From assembly GCA_964016885.1 (NCBI GenBank), contig OZ024744.1:61132001-61196000 (forward strand): DNA of 64,000 nucleotides, in the 5' to 3' direction. A program made the position numbers and the translations under genes. The notes below the pieces were generated by a model that made no database searches, was not told the origin of the DNA, and worked only from the letters and a program-made list of their open reading frames with translations. Shown in pieces: positions 1 through 12,475 of this stretch (positions within the stretch are counted from its first letter, which is position 1; the number at the start of each line of letters is the position of its first letter). Origin of the DNA: Eledone cirrhosa. Taxonomy: Eukaryota.

Positions 1-7
1 ACTTTGT

Positions 8-70
8 ATTTTATCTGATGAAAGCGTACCAATGTTGTCTTGGTTGCCCTTGAAATATGTATAATAAAAT
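8..70 (+). ncRNA. Minimal type I hammerhead ribozyme motif (probably a Penelope-like element terminus)
   Basis: Stem I ATTTTAT(8-14)/ATAAAAT(64-70); core CTGATGA 15-21; stem II AAGCG/CCCTT (one mismatch) extended by ACCAA/TTGGT; GAAA 52-55; short near-palindromic stem III ATATGTAT; cleavage triplet AUA. Confidence 0.6.
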
Positions 71-200
71 AAATATGGTTTTATAAATATAGTTTCCATT
101 TATTTAATATCATTGAATATTTACTTCAGTAACTTGTTGAGGGCTCTAAATCAGTTATAAACATTTATATTTGTCGGACTTCCAACAAATTAAATACCAC

Positions 201-447
201 TTCTACTTATATATATATATATACATATACACACACATACATATATATACACACACACATATATATATATATATATACATACACACATATACACATCCAC
301 ACACATATGCACATACACACACAAACACACATATTTATATATATACATATATACATACACACACACAGATACAATACAAACCCATACACATACACAGATA
401 CAAATACAAACCCATACACATACATACACATACATATAAGTATATAT
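201..447. repeat. (TA)n/(CA)n compound microsatellite
   Basis: Direct inspection. Confidence 0.95.
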
Positions 448-508
448 AAATAAAAGATTATTATTATTATTATTAAAATAAAGAAACCATTATTATTATT
501 ATCATTAT

Positions 509-615
509 CAAATCCCGCCAAGGTTAACTTTGCCTTTCATCCATACAGAGGTCGATAAAATAAAGTACCAGTAATGTACTGGGTAATTGCTGGCCTTGTG
601 CCAAAAGTAGAAACA

Positions 616-648
<33 letters not shown>

Positions 649-650
649 TT
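509..650 (+). mobile_element. 5'-truncated tRNA-derived SINE (family 1) with (ATT)n tail
   Basis: Core GCCTTTCATCC..GGTCGATAAAATAAAGTACCAG and 3' end TTGCTGGCCTTGTGCCAAAAGTAGAAAC+(ATT)n, shared with about 9 other copies in the window. Confidence 0.85.
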
Positions 651-1398
651 ATTTATCTTGCTTTATGTTCATATGAGTTATCACCAAGTCACAACCAGTG
701 ACCTCAGGAGACAACAATGTCCGCCATGTTCAAGAAAGAACATACATACACACACATACATCTTTAGGTGTTTAGACTTGTGATGTACTTATATTGACAG
801 AATCTTCCTTAGTATATGGGCAGTTCCCATTAGTACTAACTTTTGTATTTCTTCTATAAAAGGTTTCCTGGGATTTGCAATAAGTAATTATTAGACCCCT
901 TAGGTATCATTCCTAGAGCGCCCACAACCACTGGTATTGTTTTAGTTCTCAACTTCCACATTTTTCCAATTTCTATCTCCAGGTCCTTATACTTGCTCAA
1001 TTTTTCAAATGTTTTTATAGATACATTCTTGTCTATTGGAATGGACATATCAATTAGCAGGCATACCCTCTTTTTAAAGTCCTTCAGTATTATATCAGGT
1101 CTATTTGCATCTATTTTTCGGTCTGTTTGGATGCTAAAGTTCCACAAGATTGAGATGTGATCTTTTTCAAGTACGGGAGGTGGTTGATGCTCCCACCAAT
1201 TCTTTTGATGGGGCAGGTCAAAATGCTTACACATTACCCAATGTATGTATTGTCCAGCTTTCTCGTGCCTGTTTAGGTATTCGGGTGGAGCTTTAGGACT
1301 GCACATTGAAATGATATGATCATTGGTCTCTGGTTGTTTTTTACATACACGGCATAATGGGTTGCATCCATTTTTTATTTTATGATGTTGGCTTGATA

Positions 1399-1401
<3 letters not shown>
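651..1401 (-). mobile_element. 5'-truncated Dong/R4-clade non-LTR retrotransposon (CCHC knuckle + restriction-like endonuclease), frameshifted
   Basis: Minus-strand translation CRVCKKQPETNDHIISMC (C-x2-C-x8-H-x4-C), RHE, NRPDII, IDMSIP, KLSKYKDL, IPVVVGALG; frameshift near 858; stop at 789-791; flanked by (TAA)n on both sides. Confidence 0.85.
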
Positions 1402-1434
<33 letters not shown>

Positions 1435-1435
1435 A

Positions 1436-1665
1436 GGGCAGTGGATTGGCAGTATTGGTGGAGTGTCAGACAAGGCATAGAGTAATGGCTCTTTATGTTC
1501 TGAGTTCAAATCCCGCTGAGGTTAACTTTATCTTTTATCCTTAGGGGGTCAATAAAATAAAGCACCAGTACTGCACTAGGGATAATTTAATTGACTTTTC
1601 CTTCTCCCCAAATTGCTGGCCTTGTGCCTATAGTAGAAATTATTATTATTATTATTATTATTATC
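1436..1665 (+). mobile_element. tRNA-derived SINE family 1, near full length
   Basis: A-box-like TGGCAGTATTGG, B-box GAGTTCAAATCC, conserved core, (ATT)n tail. Confidence 0.85.
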
Positions 1666-1862
1666 ATTATTTTTTTATCATTATTACTATTATTATTAAA
1701 TTTTCCTTTGATTTCACTTTATATACAATGACTACCAAGTATCAACCAGATACTTAGGCCAGACATCTTTGGTTTTGACAATTTTCGATAATATGAGGCA
1801 GGTATAGAAGAATAGAAAAAACTATGGTTGAAGGAAAACAGTTATTATTATTATTATTACTA

Positions 1863-2044
1863 TTGGCAGTATCGGTAGAGGGTTGGACGCCATGTTTTCT
1901 AGCATAGTTACGTCCCTTTACAGTCTGAGTTCAAATCCCGCCGAGGTTGACTTTGCCTTTCATCTTTACGGGGTCGATAAAATAAAGTACCAGTAATGTA
2001 CTGGTTAATTGCTGGCCTTGTGTCTAAAGTAGAAACAATTATTT
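1863..2044 (+). mobile_element. tRNA-derived SINE family 1
   Basis: Near-identical to copy at 7739-7918; B-box GAGTTCAAATCC. Confidence 0.85.
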
Positions 2045-2047
2045 AAA

Positions 2048-2536
2048 CTAGCAGAAAAACCACCCTTCTAGTGGTTTTCTGCTAGCATGTGTAGTGTGCA
2101 TATAGATATTATACGCAAGTATATATTACGTGTAGATATGATACATCAAATAAAATCGTAATTGACAATATGCACAGAAATTGAACGAAGACTGTGTTAC
2201 ACTCTCTTATGTAATCAGTAACATAATCCATGATACATTTAAAAAAGACGATATTATATATAAACTGCATTGGGAGAAAATTAGTGACGGAAATATATGA
2301 ATGTTTATTTAAGCGATGGCTAACCGGAAGTGTTGACATTTGAAAATTTTAAAGAAGTGAATCTTAAAATAAGTCACAAAATTATTTATATTCAATCAAG
2401 AATAACGAAATTTAGTAGATAAATTATGTAATATTCATTCATTATTTATTCAAAGTAATCCAACTTATTTTACAAATGGGGTAAAAATATATATTCTGGA
2501 CGCAGTCCTGCACTCCTTACTTTATTATAGTTTAGA
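2048..2536 (-). mobile_element. Non-autonomous Helitron (family H1)
   Basis: Minus strand starts A|TCTAAACTATAATAAAG and ends in hairpin CTAGCAGAAAACCAC..GTGGTTTTTCTGCTAG|T; no TSD; homologous to 2703-3281 and 30656-31132. Confidence 0.8.
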
Positions 2537-2541
2537 TTTCT

Positions 2542-2701
2542 AGCAGTGGATTGGCAGTATTGGTAGAGTTACGGCCCTTTATGGTATGAGTTCAAATCCT
2601 GCCGAGGTTAACTTTGCATTTCATCCTTACGGGGTCGATAAAATAAAGCACCAGTAATACACTGAGATAATTGCTGGCCAAAAGTAGAAACAATTATTAT
2701 T
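2542..2701 (+). mobile_element. tRNA-derived SINE family 1 (internally deleted)
   Basis: B-box, core and tail present. Confidence 0.8.
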
Positions 2702-2702
2702 G

Positions 2703-3281
2703 CTAGCAGAAAAACTACCATTCGGGTGGTTTTCTGCTAGCATGTGTAGTGTGTATATTGATATTATACACAAATATATAGGCATGTAGACATGATACAT
2801 CAAAGGAAATCATAATTGACAATATGCACAGAAATTGAATGAAGTCTGTGTTACACTTTCTTCTGTAATCAGTAAAGTAATCCATCATACATTAAAAAAA
2901 GATGATATTATATATAAACTGCATATAAAATAAACTAAAATGTGAAAACGAAAATGTTATAACGAAAAAGTAGAAAATTAGCGATGGAAATATAAACCTT
3001 ATATAACAATGTAAATATTTGAACATTTATATAAGCGATGTGAAAAGTGTTATGATATAATGGACACTAACTGGAAGTGTTGACATTTGAAAATGTTAAA
3101 GAAGTGAATCTTAAAATAAGCAATATTTTACATATAAGAATATTTATGTTTAATCAAGAGCTACAAAATTTAGTAGATAAATTACATAATATTCATTCCT
3201 TATTTATTCAAAGTAATCTAACTTATTTTACTAACGAGATAAAAAATATAAAACGCACTCCTCCTTTTATTATAGTATAGA
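2703..3281 (-). mobile_element. Non-autonomous Helitron (family H1), longer variant
   Basis: 5' TCTATACTATAATAAA, 3' hairpin+CTAG; carries extra AT-rich internal sequence relative to 2048-2536. Confidence 0.8.
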
Positions 3282-3300
3282 TTACTTATTATAGATTATT

Positions 3301-3905
3301 ACAGTAATGTACTGGGTAATTGCTGGCCTTGTGCCAAAAGTAGAAACAATTATATTATGGCAGTATTGGTAGAGGGTCGGACGCCATGTTTTGACGTATA
3401 GAGTTACGGCCCTTTCCATTCTGAGTTCAAATCCCGCCAAGGTTAACTTTGCCTTTCATCCTTACGATGTCGATAAAATAAAGTACCAGTAATGCACTGG
3501 GTAAATGCTGGCCTTGTGCCAAAAAGTAGAAACAATTATATTATAGATTATTATAGGACACCATGCTTTGCAGCATAGAGTTTATGGCTCTTTTCGTTCT
3601 GAGTTCAAAATCCCACCGAGGTTAAGCTTTACTTTTCATCCTTACGGGGGTCGGCATAATAAAGTACCAGTAACGAATTGGGGTTGATTTAATTGACTTT
3701 CCAACTCCCCCAAAATTGCTGGCCTTGTGCCTAAATCAGAAACCATTATTATTATTATTGTTATTTTAAGGGAAGTGATGGCAGAATCAGAAGAGCAGTA
3801 TTTAGTTACACCTCTGTAAGTTCTGAGTGGAAATCCTGCTGAGAATGTCTTTGCCTTTCATCCTTGCAGGAGGTTGATGATATAAAGTACTCTAGTCAAG
3901 TACAA
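3301..3905 (+). mobile_element. Run of SINE family 1 copies (fragment 3301-3352; copies ~3357-3540, ~3555-3760; diverged ~3768-3905)
   Basis: Repeated B-box/core/tail motifs, head-to-tail. Confidence 0.8.
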
Positions 3906-4020
3906 TCTAATCAATTTATAACCCCCACCCCCACTTCTCAATGTGTTGTTTACATTTTCACTTCTAGAATATGCCAATAAGGATAACGATGATGGCAATG
4001 ATGATGATGATGGTGATGAC

Positions 4021-4990
4021 AATAATAATAATTTCTTTTATTGACCATAAGGGCCCTAGAGATTGGGGATAACACAAGGACAAAAGAAAGGAGACATCAC
4101 TGAAGAGAAAACAATAGGGATAACAATAATGGAATTTGTAATAAATATATATAACAATCGACTGTCGATTGACGTTTGTTTAACGAGTGGGGTGGAGCTT
4201 GTCAAATTGGACTGAGGAAACAATGTTTCCATTGGTCTTTCCAATTGCTAATACTATCTATTGGTCACAAATTCAGGTAGAAGAAGCAACATGAAATAAA
4301 GTGTCTTGTTCAAGGACATAACGCATCACCCAGTCTGGGAATCGAACTTACAACCTCATGATTGCAAATCCTATTCTCTAACCACTCAGCCATGCACCTT
4401 CACTATATAACAATAGACAACAATAACAATAACAATAGTAAGGAGGACTGCACTTTAGTGTAATTCCATGGAGAAACCCCACACTAAACCCAAGATTACT
4501 CTGTTGACTGGAGAGCAAGATTCCTGTCTTCAATCCTTTTAGATAAGTTCACCATACAGTTTCCTTCACCATAGCTACCAGGCAGAGGAAGATGTGCAGT
4601 GCCTCTCTTCTAAAAGAAGGTGGAAGTTTAATTATTGGAAATTGTCCATAATCTCTGATCTGAAAGCCCTCTAGAAGAGCCTGTTTTAGACTCTCTTAGC
4701 CAATGTCCAGATCGACCCCAGGCCATCATCACTCATACTTTCCACTAATCATTTATAGAACACAAGTTGGTAAAGTGCCGTGAGTGTCTGGAAACACTCT
4801 AGATGCCAGTCACTCAATCATGGTCTGCATTTGACCCAGGACTATCGCTCAGTCTAGGAGCCAAACTGCAGAAAGACATGTATGAACGGTACTTACATTG
4901 CTTTGCTTTTGTTCTTACCATTGTAGTGGTACTTGAGGTAGTTCCACAGGTGCGTTAGCCATAGTGCATGCCTGCACATCAATAGTGATG
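4021..4990 (-). mobile_element. Highly degenerate LINE 3' remnant (possibly L1/Tx1-like), interrupted by a SINE
   Basis: Minus strand ends GGCCCTTATGGTCAATAAAAGAA+(ATT)n; residual peptide FLCLVAMVKETVW*TYLKG near 4540-4600; clade assignment from recall only. Confidence 0.35.
4283..4403 (-). mobile_element. tRNA-derived CORE-type SINE (family 2) 5' part
   Basis: Minus strand TGGCTGAGTGG (A box), AAGTTCGATTCC (B box), TGTCCTTGAACAAGACACTTTATTTC. Confidence 0.75.
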
Positions 4991-5506
4991 GGATTCTAAG
5001 GCCAGCATGGTTCTGCATCTCCACATACTGAGTTACAAGACTACTGATTTGTTCTAGTTAATAAAATAAAGCAACATCTCACGCAACATATACCCAATAA
5101 AATAACACAACAGAACACTAAAATAACACAAGAAACTACAAGCTAAACCTCATTAAACAAGGCTGGTGCAGTACATTAACAGGAGTTTATACATTCACAA
5201 TGTTACATACACCTCAGGAATGTAGAAGTGCACCAGGTGATGCAGTAGAAACTTGCATGAAATAACTGAAGAAACAATAATAATAATCATAATAATAATG
5301 ATGATATTGGTGATGATGATGATGAGGATGATGATGATTTCATTCATCTGACAAAAGGGTGTCAGATGAATGGGATATTACAAAGACAGATTATAAAAAG
5401 TGTTAGGTTTGCAAGTATTAAAAAAGTATGCAATATACATTTTTTAATACTCATAAACCCCATTCCCTCTATGTAACCTGATCTTGTGGCATCTGATTCG
5501 TCTAGT

Positions 5507-5515
5507 AATAATAAT

Positions 5516-5575
<60 letters not shown>
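5507..5575. repeat. (TAA)n microsatellite
   Basis: Direct inspection. Confidence 0.95.
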
Positions 5576-5614
5576 TAAAATAGAAAAAGAGCCATCCCCA
5601 AATTTTGCTTTTTA

Positions 5615-5834
5615 CCCAGCATTTAAACCAGCCGTATCTGGCCAGAATTCTCTCACCTCTTTCTGTTCAAACTGACTATAGTTGACCTCTCATATTTATA
5701 TATTAAGGTATTGTTCCCAAAATAAATAATATCAAAAAATCATAGATTTGATATTATGTGAGATAATTATGTAAAATAAAGCCTTTATCATGAAAATGCA
5801 ATAGTAAATATAGAGTAATGTAAATGCTAAAGGG
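5615..5834 (+). mobile_element. piggyBac-like MITE (family P1), left end degenerate
   Basis: Homologous to 10568-10775; right end TAAATGCTAAAGGG|TTAA. Confidence 0.75.
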
Positions 5835-6869
5835 TTAAAGATTAAGTGTAACGGAGGTTACATGTAAAAAGATGGTTCTTATATTTGCACAATATAGAAA
5901 TGACTGAGGTTGTGCCAATAAGGTCATAATTTTCTGGACTATTAACTTTATCTTTGGAGACAAAAAAAAAAAATGTTTTTTTCAATATTTGCATTTTTAC
6001 ATTATGTCTTGATTGGTTTTTCACCTGATACTGGACTGGATTTGAACTGGGTATCTTTCATTTCCAGATTTAAAGGTAACTGTTTAATGCCTAAAAAATG
6101 TCCTGAGATGAATTATCAGTAAGATTATCATTTTTTTCTTTCCTTTTTTTTTGGTCTCCAACTTCATCTTCAAACATCAAACCAATGAAGTATAGATGTA
6201 TTTATATTTAAAAAAAAAAAAAAAAAAAAAAAATAACAAATAAAAATAAAATAGATAAATAAAATGAAAAAAAATCGTTCACATCCAAAGATGGTGTTAA
6301 TATAATACTGAAAACTTATAATTTTTGCACAAAATGTTTTGCACAACGTATGTTCAATAAAAAAAAAAAAAAAAAAGAATAAAAATAAAAAAAAAGAATT
6401 AAAAAAAAAATACAATTATACAATGTAGTGGATTTGTTTCCCTTGTATATTTATGCAATTTTTTAGTGTCACTAGGTGGTGCAGATACAGTGCCAGGTTA
6501 GGTTAGTGCAGAGCCTGTAACTTATATTTAAATGTAAAAACGTGACATAAAGATTAAAAATAGTATAGTACTACATGCACTTAGCATGGGTCCCCTGTAA
6601 AATGTAGGGTTTGTAGCAAATGTTACTTTTGCTATTAGGTTAATCTGGTACTGCACAGATGGTTGACACTAACCACTCACAAATATCTTCTTCTGGGAGT
6701 CTTTGTGGGTATTTTGTTTCAACTGTTTTTTTTTTTTGTTTTTTTTTCATTATTGCACTTCATCCAAGAGAAAGGAACAATGCCTGTGACATTTGGAGGC
6801 CACACTCCAACATTTGTGAAACCATTATGGAAGATGTTTCAGTCTTAACCCTGTAAATCAATGAGGGCG

Positions 6870-7450
6870 CTGCCACCACCACCACCACCACTGCCACCAC
6901 CACCACCATTGCCACCACCACTACCATGGCCACCATCATCACCACCACCACCAATGCCACCACCACCACCACCACCACCACCACCATTGCCACCACCACC
7001 ACTGCCACCACCACCACCATTGCCACCACCACCACTACCACCACCACCATGGCCACCGTCATCACCACCACTGCCACCCCCACTACTGCCACCACCACCA
7101 CCACCACCACCATCATCACTGCCACTGCCACCACCACCACCATTACTGCCACCACCGCCACCACTGTCACTGCCACCACCACCACCACCACTGCCACTAT
7201 TACCACCACCACTGCCACCACCATCACTGTCACCTGCCACCCCCACCATTGTCACCGCCACCACCACCACTACCATCACCACAACAGCCTCCACCACCAT
7301 CATCACCGCCACCACCACTACCACTGTAACTGCTGCTCCCACTATCACCACCGTCACTGCTGCTGCCCCCACCACTACTGCTGCTACTATCACCACCATC
7401 ACTGCTGCCGCCACCACCAGCACAAAAACCACTCACTACCACCACCCCTC
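6870..7450. repeat. Degenerate (CAC/CCA)n trinucleotide tract
   Basis: ~580 bp low-complexity tract giving poly-P/T/H and poly-G/V ORFs in several frames. Confidence 0.9.
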
Positions 7451-7721
7451 CCTCTAAACATCATCATTGTTCCATTGCAGTAGCAGACAGAAACAGTCCT
7501 CCTCCTCCTCCACCCGTTGCTGGTCATTGATGGGATCTTAATTCCTAGGCAGGACTTAAACTCAGAATGCACAGAGCCAGAACAGATATCATAAGATATT
7601 CTATATAATGCTCTAGCGATTCAGTTAATTTGTTGCCTTATCATCATATTGCACCTTACCAAATGAAGAATACATTTGTTAATATAGTCTGAAAGATAGA
7701 GCATTATTTAAAAGGCCATAA

Positions 7722-8100
7722 GGCGGTAAGACGGTGGATTGGCAGTATCGGTAGAGGGTCGGACGCCATGCTTCCAGCATAGTTACGTCCTTTTACGATT
7801 TGAGTTCAAATCCCGCCGAGGTTGACTTTGCCTTTCATCCTTACGGGATCGATAAAATAAAGTACCAGTAATGCACTGGGTAATTGCTGGCCTTGTGCCT
7901 AAAGTAGAAACAATTATTTAAAAGGCCATTACAGTATTTGTTCTGGCTCTTTGCATTCTCTAGTTCAAATTTTACTGAGGTCAACTTTGCCTTTCATCTT
8001 TCTGGGATTGATAAAATAAAATAGCAGTCAAGTACTAATGTTGATTTAATCAACTTTGCTCTTCCTCCAAATTTGCTGGCTTTGTATCTAAATGAAAAAT
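7722..8100 (+). mobile_element. Two tandem SINE family 1 copies (7722-7918; diverged ~7930-8100)
   Basis: B-box, core GCCTTTCATCCTTACGGGATCGATAAAATAAAGTACCAG, tail. Confidence 0.8.
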
Positions 8101-9023
8101 CAATTTAGTCCTAATGATGTTATGTTTGAGTAAAAAATTGGTTTGGATCAACTTGAACAGAGTTGATATATCTGATGGATCAGGGCTACCCTGGTGATAA
8201 AGGGAGGAAATTTCAGTGAGTTGATGTGGGTAAGGAGGATTGAGAGAGTGGTTAAAATGGAGCCTGCAAGGTGAGACACAGAAAAGTTAATGAGAACAGG
8301 ATAAACATCAGTGCCTGTGTGGAGGTGAGATACAACTAACTAATTCAGAGGAGTAGAGGATGTTGTAGTAGCAGTAGACTAAAGTAGAGAGAGAAGAAAG
8401 AGTGTGTATGAAGGTCAGAGGTTGTAGTGTGTTAGTGAATGAGCCTTCGCCAACCAGTTGAAGGGCTTTCCTTTTTAGCTCTTAACATCCTGTAATGATT
8501 CAATAGAAAATATTTTAAAATTGTTTTGTTAATTCAAATGATTATTGTATTTTTATTAGTGAACAGAGCATTGTGAAAATTTGTAGTATTAAATAAAATA
8601 AAGACTTCAATTTTTAATGTGTTGTTTTGTACATTTTAAGGACGTCTTGCTAATATAATTTTATGTCATACAGGAGGTTATGAGTTAATATAGACTAGGA
8701 TGTTTTTTTTTTTTACTGCTTAGTCAGGAGGAATGGCAAACTCATAAGCAGCATTCCACTCCAGGTTCTTGCAGAGTCAGCAACTAATCAAAGCCGAAGT
8801 ATTTCCTGGATCTGAAGAGGAATCCTATCCTTTATGATGTAATTTTGGTAATGTTATTTCATCACCATCACCATATGTTCTTCTGAATTGACATGAGTTG
8901 GATGGAGGCCAGACCTTTTCCCACTTTTATGTGGTATTAAGCTACTGAGAGAACAAGCCTCCTCCCACTCTGGACAGGATGCTAGTCCATTGTAGGATTA
9001 ACCCTCAGCTGCTACCACTGGTT

Positions 9024-9308
9024 GTGGAGGTACGTGGCCTAGTGGTAAAGGTGTTGGACTTATGATCATAATATCATGGGTTCAATTCCTGGACTGGGTT
9101 GTGTGTGGTGTTCTTGAAAAAAAAGCACTTCATTTCATGTTGTTCCAGTATACTTAGCTGAAAATGAGTACCAGCAATAGCTGGGGGTTTAACCTCTGCA
9201 ATGGACTGTCCAGGTGAAGTCTTGTATTCTCAGTCACTTCACACCATGAAACCGGGATAAGCACTGGTCTGACAAGCCTGCTGGCTTGAGGCAGACTTTA
9301 CTTACTTG
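9024..9308 (+). mobile_element. tRNA-derived CORE-type SINE (family 2)
   Basis: TGGCCTAGTGG A box, GGTTCAATTCC B box, core, (ACTT)n tail. Confidence 0.7.
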
Positions 9309-10139
9309 CGGCCACTGGTAGCCATTTCCACTTCATATAAAATGAAGTACATTGCATGACACAATATTCTGGGCAGTCTGAGAGTAATTGTTATTGCAAA
9401 CTCAACTCTCTAGCCATTTCGTAATGTGTCTTCACTTGCTGTTGAAGGAGACTAGAGTGTTGCATTCACATTGAAAAGGAGGCTTTCAAGGTCTCAAAGT
9501 TTTTGGATAAGGTGTATTTATTAGTACAAGGCAGTTAGGTTTTGTATAGATGTTGTCTATGTGAGAAAGATTAAGGAAGGGAGAAATATAGTATTGCTAG
9601 CATATGAGTGAGTTGTCAAAAGTGAGACCAAGTTGATAAAGATTGAGTGTGAGAGCAAGTTGATAGTGTGAGAGTGAGTTGATAAACATTGAGTGTGAGA
9701 GCGAGTAAGGTGATAAATTTTTAGAATGAGAGTGAGTTGAGAAAAAGGAAGGAAGACATGGACAGAAGTGGTGAAAGCTGATTTCAGACTGTAAAATCTC
9801 ACAAAATGAATGACAAATGAATGCAACAAATCATGAGACTCTGTTTTAGAAAGGACTTGCCCAACTCATGCAAGCATAGAAAGGTGAATGTAAAAATAGT
9901 GATGTATAGTGTGTGACAGTGAAATGAATGTATAGATGTAGTGAAAGTGTTGTAGCCATAGTGAGGACAGGTCGGAGAAGTTTAGGGAGCTGTTACCTCA
10001 TCTGGTAACAAAAGGCTTCACTCTCAAAATGAAAGGCAAATTATATGATGTTTGTATTCATTGAAGGCAGAAGATTTGTGGCAGTTAAAATGAAATGAAA
10101 TAAGCTTACTTTGTTAGATGTGTAATGAAAAATGTTTGT

Positions 10140-10965
10140 GTACAGTGCTCAGGTGCACTACAATTCCTCAAAGGTGCATGTACAGTACATAGAATAATGT
10201 ACAAATGTCAGGAAAGTGAACAGTGTATGTCATGATACACACACACACACACACATACACACACATGTATGTGTATGGAGGGGGAATATCAGGTGTAGTG
10301 TTGGAAAATGTTGGGAACCATACAAGTTTTTAATGATGCAGTGTCCTAACAGCTAACAACTGATGCAGGTAGTTTGTTCCGCAACTCTAAGTGTGAAAAC
10401 ATCTTTCTGAAAGTCATGGGAGCTCTACTGTTTTCTGATTTTGTAAGCATGTTCATGGGTGTTATAGACATATGGAATTCAAAAAGGTGCCCAGGGTTGT
10501 TGTTGGAAAGATGGTTAATAATCTTGTGCGTGTCTACTAAGTCAGTTGCCAGATGTTGGAGCTTTAACCCTTTAGCATTTAAACTGGCCATATCCAGCCA
10601 GAATTCTCTCACCTCTTTCTGTTCAAACCAGCCATAACTTGCTACTCAAACTGATGTTAAGGTATTGTTCTCAAAATAAATAATATGAAAATCCCATAGA
10701 TTCGATATTATGTGAGGTAAAGCCTTTACTGTGATAATACAATAGTAAATATAGAGTAATGTAAATGCTAAAGGGTTAATGTATCCATGTCCAGGGAAGC
10801 AAGGTGTTCAGAGTATGGTAGATGCTTGATGGAGGGTATTCATTTGGTTGAACATCTCTGAAAAGTTTCCAGATCAATATTCTGAAGCAAAATAGGGGTT
10901 CCAAACTGGTGTTGCAAATTTTAAGTATGGACGCACCATAGCTATATACAGCTTTAAATAGATAG
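10140..10965 (-). mobile_element. Degenerate CR1-like LINE 3' fragment split by a MITE
   Basis: Peptides YLKLYIAMVRPYLKFATPVWNPY and ATDLVDTHKIINH...NKLPASVVSC; reading continues across the MITE at a TTAA. Confidence 0.7.
10568..10775 (+). mobile_element. piggyBac-like MITE (family P1), complete
   Basis: TTAA at 10564-10567 and 10776-10779; 14-bp TIR CCCTTTAGCATTTA/TAAATGCTAAAGGG. Confidence 0.85.
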
Positions 10966-10984
10966 CTGAATTTGTAAGCTTGAG

Positions 10985-12475
10985 ATAGCAAAGAAGCAGG
11001 TGTGAGATTTGCTATACAGAACAACTTGATGAAAGTTCTTGAATATCTGGTGGCATCAATGAAAGACTTATGACTTTGCATATTTACATTGGTAGAAACA
11101 AGTATGCAACCATCTTAAGTTGTTATGCTCCTACCATGATGTCTACAAATGAAACTAAGGAGCAGTTCTACTTTCAGTTACGCAGTCAGTTGAGAAGTAT
11201 TTCCATCCATGATAAACTTTTTCTGTTGGGAGATTTCAATGCATGTGTGAGCTGCAATACATTGGCATGGTGTGATCAGGAAGCATGGAGTTGGCAAGGT
11301 CAACTCAAATGGCCACTTGCTGCTATCCCTGCTATCATCTTCCAGCTTCCTAACCACCACAAAATTAGCTGGAAACATCCGATTCAACCACTACCATTTT
11401 TTTGATTATGTGATTGTGAAGTCCTTCAGGAATGCTATAAAAGTGACATGTTCTTACTCAATTGGATAGTGCTAGTCTGACCATAGACTAATATGTAGTC
11501 CAGCTTGTAAAACGAGCTCCAGCAGAAGATGTGAAAATTCTCAACAGTGACAATGTCAAGGCATTTCAAGCTCTCTGTGATTGTAGGCTTGCTGTTATCC
11601 CTGACAACACGGATATTAATTCAGAATAGTCTGATTTCAAAAGTGCTGTCTATGAATCACCCCAGGAAACATTTGGCTATGTGAATAGAAAACATCAAGA
11701 CTGGTTTGATTCAAATGATCCAAATATTTCTCTCCTTTATGATAACATGCACAAGTGCCCACTGCCAGTGGATGTCAGACAGGAATAATGCTGCCAAGTG
11801 CAATGAGTTAAAGAAAGCTAGAAATAAATGTCAATCTTAGCTACGGCAAATGGAACAGACAGAGGCGAATGACGGCGCAGGAATTGCAGAGTGCTGCAGA
11901 TAGATGTGACTTTAAATCTTTCTATCAGAACTTAAAAGGAGTCTTTGGATTCATGTAATTGGCTCAACTCCCATCTTTTCATCTGGGGGTAACCTTTTGA
12001 CAGACAAAAAGAGGTCACTAAGTGTTGGGCAGAACATTTCTCTAATGTTCTCAATACAGAACCAAATGTTGATATGAACCCATCTACCTACCACAGAGCT
12101 CTGCCCTTGCAGGACTATCAACCATGCCAACTAGTGCTGAGATAAAAAAGGCCATAAAACAACGTACCAATAACAAGTCATTCGGAAATGGAATATCAGC
12201 AGAGATATATAAACGTGGTAGCAATCTCTTGATTTGCAAACTTTGTGATCTCTTCTCTTTAATCTGGGAATCAGGATCAGTTCTAGACGTTTAAGGATGC
12301 ATCTATTGTTCATCTTTACAAGCACAAAGACAATAGGTTTGAATGCAACAACCATAGAGGTATTTCCCTTCTGTGTATTGCTGGAAAAATTCTTGGCAGG
12401 GGTCATCTTGAACAGGCTTAATGTTCTGTTCAATTCAGTTTTGCCTGAATCACAGTGTGGCTTTCGGTCATACAT
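10985..12475 (+). pseudogene. Degenerate RTE (BovB-like) LINE: APE endonuclease and start of RT
   Basis: ATILSCYAPTM, LLGDFNA, HGVGKVNSNGHLLL, LPESQCGFRS with many stops and frameshifts. Confidence 0.75.

Noticed and set aside
6760-7483. Extensin/mucin/glycine-rich protein ORFs
   Set aside because: Trinucleotide tract open in many frames on both strands; no supporting exon structure.
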